Shown: piece after piece, positions 1 to 10,854 of the stretch
Layout: the number at the start of each line of letters is the position of its first letter
Numbering within the stretch: position 1 is the first letter of the stretch
Assembly: GCA_973895155.1 (NCBI GenBank)
Contig: OZ316897.1
Location: 23,101,455-23,165,454 of the forward strand
DNA from: Marsupella aquatica
Lineage: Eukaryota; Plantae; Marchantiophyta
Length of the DNA stretch: 64,000 nt
Reading direction: 5' to 3'
Notes under the pieces: generated by a model
Databases searched by the model: none
The model's input: the letters and a program-made list of their open reading frames with translations, nothing else
What the model was told of the DNA's origin: nothing
Position numbers and translations under genes: made by a program

Positions 1-28
1 GGCAGCACAATACTTTCCCAACATCCAC

Positions 29-3000
29 GTGGGAGTAGTGAGTTTGATTCGGTGGCGAATTGATTCAAGAAAACTAGTGGCAAATGGAAAAAAATTGTCG
101 GATATTTTGATGGAAGGTTCTAAGAGGATGGACTCAATGGACAGGGATGAACTCAATGCAGATGTAAGTGATAGAGGAATACTGCGTTCAAGACCCTACA
201 ATTTAAACAAGAGGAATAAAGTAGATCCAAATGAAAAGAAGAGGAGGTTGTTGGAAACCAAGGCAATTTCAAAAACAAGAGAAGAGTCAATTGATGACGT
301 AAAAAGAGAAAATTATTGCAAGCAAAAATATTGTCTCATTATGCCAAGGGAAAATTAAACATCGAAGATATTAGGATGGAATTTCATGGGATGTCTAGCG
401 AATCAAAAATGTCACACATTTTTAACCTCTTTCACTATAGAGAGGATGATGCTTGTGATAAGGGACACCATGTTCTTAAGGGTATGGTCGTATGTAGACA
501 TGCATTTGCAATTATCTACGGTTTTAGTCACACCAAATATTATGATTACAAAAAGAGATACGTGGAGGGTTGCAAAATTGGGTTTCATGGCAATACGGGC
601 TTGATGAAAACAAGGCCAAATACCTTGCATGCACAAGCTCTGTTGGAGGCTTTGTTGACTCAAAATGCAAAGCCCATGCCTCATATGCCTTATGGAGGGG
701 CACATGGAACAGACTCCATTGAGTACCGTCTTCCGTCATGTTACAAGAAGCTAGAGATTCTGGAAGATGTGAGACCAAAGATGAAGGAAGAAGGGTTTTC
801 TCCCGTCACAGAGAATACTCTCTACAAGATCTGGAGCAACTAAATAATTTGCAAACTTCAGTTTCCATAAAGATGGTGCATTTGCCAAGTGTACTCTTTG
901 TTATGAACATAAAGACAGCTTGATGCGAGAAAGAAGGAAAAAAGAACATGCTAAAATTGAAGAAAAACGAGCGCAACATCTTCGTGAGCAAATGTCATAT
1001 AGATATGTTTACTACGCTCATTTAGTGATGGCCAAGCAACACCCAGGAGAATATCTTTGCATTATTCATGACAAGATGGATCCTTAGGGGTCTCACTATA
1101 TGGGGACCTCCCCATCGCCTGCGCCATTTTTAGGCCTCGAACCCTCTAAAATGTAAGAATTTTTAATTATTTTTTAACCCCTTTAAAGTTGGAATATTCT
1201 CAAAATATTCTAAAAATTGGATTAAAAAGACCCTAATGTTCTTATAAGTCTCAAAATTGAATTTAAAAAACCCTATTGTTCTTCTACAAAAATTCTTAAG
1301 TCTTCCCTTAGAACCAATAAAATGACCCTATCCTTCGTTGCACGTGATATGCCATTTTTGTGAAAGTGAAACCCCCGAGGATGGATCAAGCAAAGACATG
1401 GATTCCAAAAATGGTTAGTACGTACTCCTAAATCATTTTCGGGTCATGGACGGTCATGGAATGCCGTTACCTATTGCTCTCACAGGATGTTAACTCAAGG
1501 GAGGGATCCAGGAGTTTATGCACACTTTAGTGTCACTGGCCTTTGGCCAGAACATGCCAATTTCACGGTGACGTCCTGGCTTGGCTAAGTGTCTTTGAGA
1601 CCTTGAAGAGTACAATGGAGACAAGATAAGTGACATGTTGGATGAACTTCATTGGGAACCTCACAGACCTTTCTTTCAAGCCCTACTTGATTTTGAAGCA
1701 TTTTTGACGGGTTATTTGGAACCAAAGAATATACTAGGGAATAGGTATATTGGTTCTAAAGATGGAGCCAACAGTCAGATTGAAACCGTCCCAAACCGGC
1801 AAGACAAGGATGATGGAGAAGACATGCATGAGGAGCAAGACAGTCCTTTGTTCAAGCCCTTGCCAAGACACCTAACATTGTAGATGAATAATTCAGCAAA
1901 GGACAACAAAAACCAGACTGTCTTGGCATTTTGTAGCGAGCTTGTGAGTAGAGGAGTATTTGAAACTATTCAAATGTCTTTTCTAATGGTTGGTCATATG
2001 CACGAAGATGTTGATGCACTATTTTCAAATGTATCATATCAAGTTCAACACAAAGAAGTTGTGACCCTCCTTGCTCTTATGGCAGAGGTATGGGAATGCG
2101 TGAGCATTCATCTAGTTCCCAAATTGATACAAGGTGAAAGATATTCAAGATCACTCAAAACTTGTATCATTTATTTTCTCTATGAGAGATAATGTACCAA
2201 TATTTTAGAATAAGTCCTATGTAAAGCAAGCTTGGGTTCCTGTTGGTGGAAGGTGCATTTGGGCAATAGATCCACATGACAACAAATTCTCTTCTTTTAC
2301 CCAATGGAGAGCCCTTTGCTAAATTTATTGGAGAGATACACAAAAAAATTGAAGAGATTGTCCCATTTCTTAACAAGTACCTTGATTTTTTGAGAAGGAG
2401 TTGCACTGATGAGACATCTATAGCATACAAGGAAAAATTTCCTCTTGTGAAATATTGGGAGAGAATTGTGGAGTTGTTGACAAATGGGCTTGCACTAGAA
2501 GGGGAGGGAAGTAATCCGGGAAGTAATCAATTTCACTTGAAAAATGGATTTTGGCCTAAGACTAACCAACTGGTCGGAACAAAGTGGTCCTCCAAGTGAA
2601 GATGAGGAGAATGCAGAGATGACTGCTCTTCAAAATGAGGTCTTGGAAGAGATGGAAGATCAAGCAACACCATTTGTTGGATCTCGAGCTGAGAGAGAAC
2701 AAGGACGGTGGATTTCCCTACAGGATATTTGTGAAAGAAACTTTTTATTTCTTCAACCCAAGGATAACTGGGAGAATAAAAATGGTGGAGATCATTTTTG
2801 GTTGGTGAGAGCTTTGGGTTTGGTGGACCCTGAGCATCAAGTCCCAACTACATCTTCAACAAACCCTCCTATACCTCAACAATATGCTCTAATGTTCTCA
2901 GTCAAATGGTGGAGGCCTAAGCACTCTAAACTTGATGTGACTGAGAGTGCATGGTCGGGTGCATGGTATCTAAATTGTTTCATGTCCACTAAGACATGGG

Positions 3001-3170
3001 AACGAGATCCAGGGTTTGGTGAGAATGCTCAACATTGGCAGTATGCAAATTCTACAATGTATGGTTTTAAATTTGGAATGAAAGAAGAAAATATGGTGGG
3101 CAGAGGTTTGAAGATCTCTCAAAATATTCTACAAACTGTCCAAAGTTATCTTCAAAGGATAGACAAGTAG
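29..3170 (+). mobile_element. Decayed Sola-like (DUF7869-type) DNA-transposon transposase gene with stops and frameshifts
   Basis: Collinear motifs across broken ORFs: VCRHAFAIIYG (316-843), GAFAKCTLC (~875-901), IIHDKMDQAKTWIP (split by the MITE), NNSAKDNKN and FLMVGHMHEDVDALFS (1884-2192). C-terminal ORFs run to 3170. Element ends not identified. Confidence 0.7.
1083..1379. mobile_element. 297-bp MITE with 8-bp TSD (hAT-like) inserted in the Sola-like transposase
   Basis: TSD GATGGATC at 1075-1082 and 1380-1387. Imperfect TIRs cttaggggtctcact / agtgaaacccccgag. AT-rich interior. Removing it restores ..H-D-K-M-D-Q-A-K-T-W.. Confidence 0.85.
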
Positions 3171-3595
3171 ACTTAGTTGTTACTAGCAAAGGTATAATTA
3201 GGGCGTCTCAAGTATCCATCTTAGCGGGCCCGGTCAGTGACCGTAACATGTCAGTTACGGGTTACAACTGTAAAAGTTATGGACTCCCATATTTGGCAGT
3301 CCATAACTTTCTAATGGGGGGCGACGGTAACCCGGCACCGTAGAGCACAGGACCGCAACGGCGCAACGACTTGATGGTCCCGTATGAAGAACAGGGTCGG
3401 GCCAAACTGGGAATCGGCGGGGAGGGTGGAGCGTTAGCTGGGAAATCCGTGGATTGCAATCAAAGCTTGTTGTGCACAATGCGAATGAACGAGCAGAGGA
3501 TCGGGTTTAGAGGATCGGAAATTTGGTCTATCATGATGATGGCAACATTGGTCAGGTGACGCTGTGAGTTTAGCTGCTTGATTTGAATCGGATAC

Positions 3596-4499
3596 GACCA
3601 GGTTTACCTACACCATAGAACGAGGAGACGACCCCATTCAGCTGCGAGATTGAATGAGCTAGAAGCAACAAAGGGACAACAACTTTGCAGCTGATTGTGT
3701 CAACCTCCAGGCAAGAACCAGACCGGCCAGCTTATGAACAGTTCAGTATCCGATGCTTCCGCTTTGTGTTAGGAGCATAGGAATCCACTTGAAGGGCAAG
3801 CTATCGGGTTTGTCTCAACACCCTCTTCCAGAATAAACGCCTAATTTCTGCCAGGTGTGTTGTTTATCCAGGAGCCATGGATCAATGGACGTCACTTGCA
3901 TTTGTGGAGGAGAATAGGATTGCTGGAAATTCTGTCACTTTTCCTCTCGCACTCGTTTTCCCAGGAAATTTTGTTGCTAGGAATCCCTTCCCTAGGAAAT
4001 TTACATATTCTTCATGCCGTGCATGAAGTCCCTGGAGTTTGGTCGAAAATGCTCCCATACTTCGCCTGCACAAATATCATTTTGGTTTCAGCTAATTTTG
4101 TATGATGCATTCCATGGTGGGGTGTGTCCTGTATGTGCCCAGATGTGGAACACTGCTTCTACCTTTCTAGGCTGCTCTCCATTTGAGTTTAGTGCATACT
4201 CTGAAGCAGAGCAGCTATACCGAGTCCATGCAATATCCCAGATAGCCCCAAAGCTCAAAGTCACCCTCCATGTCAGTGAATTTGAGCTTCAAATTGTGCA
4301 TCTTGTCTTCATTGATGTTAGGCCAAGCATTCCAATTCCCTCTTCAGTCAGAGGGCTTGCCACTCCTGAACGTCCAATTGTTGTACCACAAGGGAGTTCA
4401 AGTGCAGCACAGGGTAGCACTCCTGTGAAGAACAGGAGTGCTAAGAAACTTCTGACCGAACTAATCCAGTCTTTGAGAGACACAGACCTTGAAGATTAG
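3596..4499 (+). pseudogene. Decayed extra ORF of unknown function inside the PHIS element (ORF-X)
   Basis: Long frame from ~3596 to ~4100 (QEPDRPAYEQFSIRCFRFVLG..RASYRVCLNTLFQNKRLISARCVVYPG..) broken by a few TAG/TGA codons. It shifts into ORF 4014-4499 (LYDAFHGGVCPVCAQMW..). Confidence 0.45.
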
Positions 4500-4638
4500 G
4501 GTAGGATCCTGGGTTTAGGCTCTGGCAGTGACTATTATACAATGTCCTGCCCAATTTTGGTCACCATTTTTGAGTGAATTTTCAATAAAATTGACATGCC
4601 TTGCTTCCCTGTATGACTAACTTATGCTGCAGGTCAAC

Positions 4639-6112
4639 ATGCCTTGAATTTCAGACCGACAACACTCACTATGTTTTGTCCAGAGGGTTCTTGAATTCAA
4701 CATTGCTTGTGATACTTCTGGTAGTGAGGAGGACTCTGATGACTCCCTATCATCTATGTCCTCTGGTTTTGAGATGGACATGACTGGCTCAAAGAGTAGT
4801 AGTGATGGAGCTTTTGAGGACTCAGATTCAGACTGTGATGTTGACTTGTTCAAGCTAGAGGGTCATCCTAGTGAACTGCATGAGTTGTATTTTGTTATGC
4901 ACCACACTCGATACTTTGTTGGGCGGGATGTGGTGCAGAATTCCAAGGATTTTGTCCGTAATTACTTTGATGGGCTCGGTCCTCGAGTATTTAGACAGAT
5001 GGTGCGCATGGACAAGAGTACCTTCTTTTACTTGGTGGAATTGGTTGAAAACAATCCCATCTTTGTTAACAAGTCATGGCATGATCAGGCACCAATTGAA
5101 TGGCAATTGGCTATCACTTTAGATCGCTGCGGCCATGATGGAAACGGAGCATGTCTAAATCACATGATACCAACATGGGGGATCAGCAATGGATCATTGG
5201 TGAACTTCACCAAGCGATGTTTTGATGCACTAGAGGTAGCATTGTGCAAGTACTTGCAGTGGCCAAAAGCTGTCGAGCGTCACGAAATCCAGCAGGAGTT
5301 TGCAAAGTTGGGGTTTCCAGACTATATTGGTTTGATTGATGGGTCTACTCCGCCTCTTGCACAACGTCCAACAATTGTTGGTGAACGTTATTTTGATAGG
5401 AAATCAAGATATTCAATTAACGCCCAGGTGGTATGTGATCATCGAAGGAAAATCTTGTTCCTATTCACTGGTAAGGTTTGAAGTTCTTGTTGTATTTGAC
5501 ACTGACTATGGTATTCATTGTATCATTCCTTTTTAATAATATGCTTCCTTTGGTGTTGTCTCATATCCAGGAATGCTTGGAACGTGCTCTGATTTGGTCT
5601 GCCTAAAGAAGTCGCCCTTGTGGTTGTGGGTGAACAACGGAACTGGATTTACAGATGGGCAATACTTGTTAGGAGACTCTGGTTATGTAGCCCTCCCGCA
5701 CATGGCCGCTGCATACAAGAGAGCAGACACCAGTGTACACAAAGAGGACTTCAACTCTTGTGTTGCGAAGTGTAGGGTCACCAACGAGCACTGCATTGGT
5801 GTGCTGAAATCCCATTGGCACTCTTTGAAGGAGCTTCGAACTCAATTGAACTTGAAGAAGGACAATGTGTTTATGATCTGCTGGATTGGGATTTGTGCAA
5901 ATCTCCACAACTTTGTTCAAGCACAACATGATGAATGGACCAAACTGGACTCCCCTATGGAAATAGATCAAGAGGTTCTAGGGCTGGACAAAGATCATCC
6001 AGTGTATGGGCCCCAATTGGCTGGCAAAATGTTGCAGGCTCGAGTGATGAACCATGCTTTGGCTTTCCATAGGGCACCAGGCAGAATCCTCCATGATTTA
6101 GTAAACAGATGA
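4639..6112 (+). pseudogene. Harbinger/PIF DDE (HARBI1-like) transposase, 2 exons (4639-5470, 5571-6112), stop at codon 3
   Basis: FRQMVRMDKSTF, catalytic IGLIDGS / LLGDSGY / RVTNEHCIGVLK, and YFDRKSRYSINAQVVCD. GT-AG intron 5471-5570 joins in frame. ATG 4639 is in frame with 4756 but reads ATG CCT TGA, likely CGA>TGA. Confidence 0.9.
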
Positions 6113-6499
6113 TACTTTGTGCTTTAGCTTTACATGATCAGGCTTTAGGAAGTCTATACACATGTTACTCACTGAGTTCAGTGCAGTATTCCAGCTTTTA
6201 ATTGAAAGTCACCCAAGGGTTATTCTATCCGATAAATTTGTGTACAAATGACCCATGCATTGAATGTGAACGTATGATTATTTGGATGCTAAACATTGCA
6301 CTGGTCATTACTTTTACCAAAAGAAATTTTATGTGGTCGAAAGTGGAACAAATGAGGTATCCCGGTCAAAAGTCCTTCCATCGCTTTACTCAAAATTGCT
6401 CAAAATAGGGAGCTTACAAAATTGACACATTTATAGTGTCGTATTTCCAAAAGCAACTGCTCTTGATCCTACAAAGCTATTGTTCGACTGCTGTGTGAG

Positions 6500-7473
6500 G
6501 AACGAGTACTGAGTAACAACTATTGAGTCTCGATTGGGGTCTCAACTACTGAGGTTTGACTACAATCGAGCTTGATCTCCTCTCACAAATGCCAACATGC
6601 ATACTGCATGTAAACTGAGGTCATACTGGCCGTGCTCTCCACCATTGACTAATTTAGGGCGAGGGATACTTCCATCGATACTCATTGTATAGCATCCCAT
6701 CCCCTGAGCTACCGTCGCTATCATGTTGACCCTCCCGTGCTTCCTTCTCCCTCTCCACTTCCCTGTCTCGAGCGCGAGTTGCCCTCTTTCTCTTACAAAC
6801 CCATTTCCGTCGGGACGTGAAGTTCACAGGAGAAGTTCAAGCGAATTGCAGGGGCTCTGGTGCAAGTGAGCTCGTAATGTCCTTGCCATCATCAATCTTC
6901 TTACCCATCTTTGACTCTGTAGAGTCAGACAAAAGTTGAATCACCTCCTTCCCACCATAGCGGACTACATTGAGCTGCTCAGGAATGTTGGCAACACCAG
7001 CTTGTTGGCGAGCTTCAGCACCCTGTGTACTTTTGGGAGGCATACTTGCTGCACAGTCCACTCAAAGAAACATAAATAGTTACACACTTCTGAACAGTTG
7101 GAGCAACCGGAACAGTCAAGAGCATCAAAAATACTTTGAGCAATATCGTCGTGGATTATAAGGACCACAACTAAACCTTGACCAAGCACAAGCAATGCAC
7201 TAAAAGAGCTCAAACCTGGCCAAGCACGTCAAGCAATGAGAGCACCACAGTTTTGAGTCCCCCTTTGCATTTTGAGTCCCCCTTTGCAATGTTCAACTTC
7301 CAAACTACAGTCGATCCCTCCCCCTTATTTTTGAGAGTTTGAGCAATGCTCTGTCGTCCCTCCCCTGGCACTTGAAGAGTGCAGTCGAGAGTGTTAGTAT
7401 CTAAAATAAGCGCCACCCTCCTGTGCTGCACCCAATCCTCGTGATGAGCCTCCCGTTAATCAATCTCCCTCAT
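6500..7473 (-). pseudogene. Second decayed extra ORF inside the PHIS element (ORF-Y)
   Basis: Fragments MREID*REAHHEDWVQHRRVALILD..; removing a 19-bp tandem duplication (~7251-7288) gives IAKGDSKLWCSHCLTCLA. Also ORF 6837-7061 and KRATRARDREVEREKEAREGQHDSD. Boundaries approximate. Confidence 0.4.
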
Positions 7474-8023
7474 GGGAAGTTTGTACCACAAAAAGGGCTA
7501 ACTCATGTGAACATTGTCACATGAACAAACACGCTGCACGTAGACTGAGGTGACTTGTCTGTACTGCTCATCTAATGATTACTTGGATGTGACTGGCCCC
7601 TTATGGACATATATTGACATTAAATACTGGTGATCAAAAATTTGACTCACAAAAATTACAAAAGGCAAAACATTAGACAATTACTCTTATTCAATGGTTT
7701 TCTTTTCACCGGAACAGAAGTACTTCCTGCAAGCGCTGCACATTATCTGGTTGTGAGTAAATGTGCTAAAATAATTGCTCTAGCATGCCTCTGACTCATT
7801 GAAAATTGATACTTGAAAGCTTGAACCATTCTGATTCACACAATGAGAGAACTCGATCACACCCATTCAAACCAGTTGCAATTTTATTGGGGAATTTATC
7901 AGCAAGGTACTGACTTGTATACAAAAATTGCCCAAGTATCAGAAGAGCAAAATAGTACTCTATTAATAATATGAATACTACTCATCAAAATTAAAAGTTT
8001 CAGCATTTCTACTTCTAGCTCAC

Positions 8024-9499
8024 TACACGGGAGGCTGGTCCACACTATTAATGACCTTCATCAAGCCCAATATCTGCTCTTCTGATTTTTCAGAGCGAAA
8101 TAGCTATAGCAACAATTGAGTCTTACGTTCGGCTCTAATCACCGACATTTGATGTTCTCTCTCCACCACAGCTCTTTTCACTACTTTTGCTTCAACTCGA
8201 AGGCTGTGTCTTTGTGCAAAACGGTCCCTCCGTTTTGTTTCTACAGATGCTTCCATCCGAGCTTCTTGTCGATCTCGCAATTCTGCCCCCTTCCACTTCC
8301 TTTTGGACTCAACCATGGATTTCATGTAATTAGCTTTCTGATCCAACTTGTCGGAATAGACAGCAGCCATGTTTGTCTTAGATGAAGAGACTGAGATTGG
8401 AGGAGCTCTGTTTCTGGGTGGGGGGTTTTGCCTATGCCGTCCCCCAGCATGAGATGGGGTCGGGGCCTGGGTAGGCGCAGGAGGTGGGGGGGGGCAGAGT
8501 GTGAAGGAGCAGCACTGGCAGGACTTGGGCAAGCATCAGGTGCAGGAAAACATGGTGAAGCAGCAGCAGGATGTCCATGATGGACAGATGGAGCAGGATT
8601 ACCAGGAGGAGGTAGTTCTGGGCCTTCAGCTGTAGTACTTGTCCATGGAAAGCTATCAGATTTTGTTCTGGCTTGACTAAGGTCACCATCATAGTTTTCA
8701 TTCACAAGATCAGTGTAGGTTGGATATTCATTCCAATTCAGCCCGGTTGCCTCCACCTCTCCATTGCTATCTGCAAACAAAAATCACAAGCTAATTAGAA
8801 TTTGGGTTTAAACAAATTAACTACAAAACATGTACAGTCAGAAGCAATGTACAGAAGAAGCAACTCATACCACTTAGAATTTCCGTTGCAGTGTATTGAG
8901 CCTCACTTTCTTCATCGAGGTTGATTGGGTGGCCATCGGGTATTGCCTCAGTTGGTTGCACAGAAACATCGATAGAATTAGGGCCCATTCCAAAAGATCC
9001 AATTGCAGTAGGTGCTACATTTGTTCTATCACCATACAAGGCATGCATCCTCTCAAAATGCGGGCATGCCGTGTTCAGCTTGTCCTCAATGGACATTCCT
9101 GCAGCCATCTCAGCTTCGTTTAGCCCTCCCCCACTGTCGGTCTTCAATGCGAGCGCCTCTTTGAATCGCTTCACGTATCTCTCATATCTCTTCCCAAGAT
9201 TATCTCCTGTAGTAATTGCCATAGGAAACCCATGTGCTTGCAAGACTACAAGCATTTGCTTGAAAGTAGTCTTCTTGGTAGGGCATTTACCGTTGATCCT
9301 GGTACGATTAGTGCTTCCATGGAGCTGTCCAAAATTGTCTGGGTTTTCCAGCCAGTCGAGGATCTTGCTATAATCTTCGACCCTCAATCACACCTTGTCT
9401 CCAGGGAGCAGATATGTGCTCCTTGCTGGAGCTGGGGCTGACGTACTGAATTGGACGAGGAGGATTGAAAGGCCTTTGATTTGCTTGCACATTTGCCAT
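8024..9499 (-). pseudogene. Myb/SANT-like DNA-binding partner gene of the PHIS element, frameshifted, one intron ~8773-8870
   Basis: ILDWLENPDNFGQLHG..LGKRYERYVKRFKEA..SGGGL..KLNTACPHFERMHALYGDRTNVAP, then a Pro-rich linker and a charged coiled-coil C-terminus. This is the typical architecture of Harbinger ORF2. Confidence 0.75.
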
Positions 9500-10442
9500 C
9501 TCGCAGGTGACAGGAGCCGCAACAATGATCGATGGGAGAACTTCAATCGAAACAGGAATTTCAGCAACTTGTTGCACAGAGCACCTAGCGTCCTCTCCAA
9601 CACCCTCACACAAAGCTGCGACAACGTGGTGAGAAATGGTTAGGGGGAAACTTTGACCTGCAAGACAGAAATTTGCGCACTTTGCTGCATAGAGCGCCCA
9701 ACGAACTCTCCAACACCTTGAGACGAAGTTGCATGAATCTGCCTAGAAACATTCCCTTCCAGAGCAATGGGCACGATCTGTGGCATAGACTCCCCCATTT
9801 TTTGTCAAAACCAATGACGGAAAATGTTGAAGAATCGGGGGGAACAAAGATTCAAAATACTTCCCCGGCGAGCTCGATCATTCCTCGCAAAAACTACAGT
9901 CCAAATTCTGGAATTTCAGTCGACGTTTGGAATTTGAAAACGTACGTTTAATTTGGGACCCGGGCGACGGGCGACGGGCGACGCACTCGGCGGCAGATTC
10001 GCACAAAACCACGAATATTGAGCAGGGTGGTATGGCCATTTAGACGGCCTGTTATGACTTCCCGCACAGTTACCGTCCGTCGCAAAATTTACACCCCATC
10101 CCCGTAACCCACTATAGCGACTTCCCGTAACCACGCTTACGGTCTACAGTACTTGGCCGTGAGGGGAAGGAAAAATCTCATACTTGAGACGCCCTATTAG
10201 ATAGTTACTAGTTTTTATGTAAGATAGTCACTGACTCATTCAAACATAGTAAATAACATCCTGGTTACTTACTATTCTAATAGTTATAATGTGTGGCCAT
10301 GTCATTGAATGTTAGTTATACAATCTCCTCATTTTCTAAACTTTTGATCACTATGAATATGAATGTTTGTTTTTTTTGCATAATGAAAAATGTTTTTCTA
10401 TTCATTCCTTTCTTTTAAATTATTATAATAAGAGTTGCTAGG

Positions 10443-10780
10443 AAAATGTACACTTTTTAGGCCAAATGTACACTTTGTTGCACTCAAAGCTACACTTTCT
10501 AGACCAAATGCACTTAAATGTACATTTTTAAGCCAAATGTATGCATTTTTCACTCAAATGTACAGTTTCTAGGCCAAATGTACACTTTTTAAGCCAAGTG
10601 TACCTATTTTGATGCTCAAATATACACTTTTCATTGTCCACATGTACACTCTTTAGGCCAATTGTACACTTTTCTATCCCCAAATGCACACTTTTCATTG
10701 GCCAAATGTACATTTTTCCAAGCTCAAAAGTACATTTTTCATTGCCCAAATATACACAAATCAAATAATAATACACTTTT
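10443..10780. repeat. Degenerate ~21-bp tandem array (core AAATGTACACTTTT)
   Basis: About 15 diverged copies of aaatgtacacttt read directly. Confidence 0.85.
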
Positions 10781-10801
10781 AATGAATAGGTTCATTACTT
10801 C

Positions 10802-10806
<5 letters not shown>

Positions 10807-10851
<45 letters not shown>
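10807..10851. repeat. (CT)22 microsatellite
   Basis: Direct reading. Confidence 0.98.

Positions 10852-10854
<3 letters not shown>

Larger units (their letters stand above)
3200..10195. mobile_element. Full-length PIF/Harbinger-superfamily (PHIS, possibly Pangu-type) DNA transposon, 6,996 bp
   Basis: Perfect 16-bp TIRs AGGGCGTCTCAAGTAT (3200-3215) and ATACTTGAGACGCCCT (10180-10195). TSD ATT at 3197-3199 and 10196-10198. Convergent transposase and Myb-like genes inside. Confidence 0.92.
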
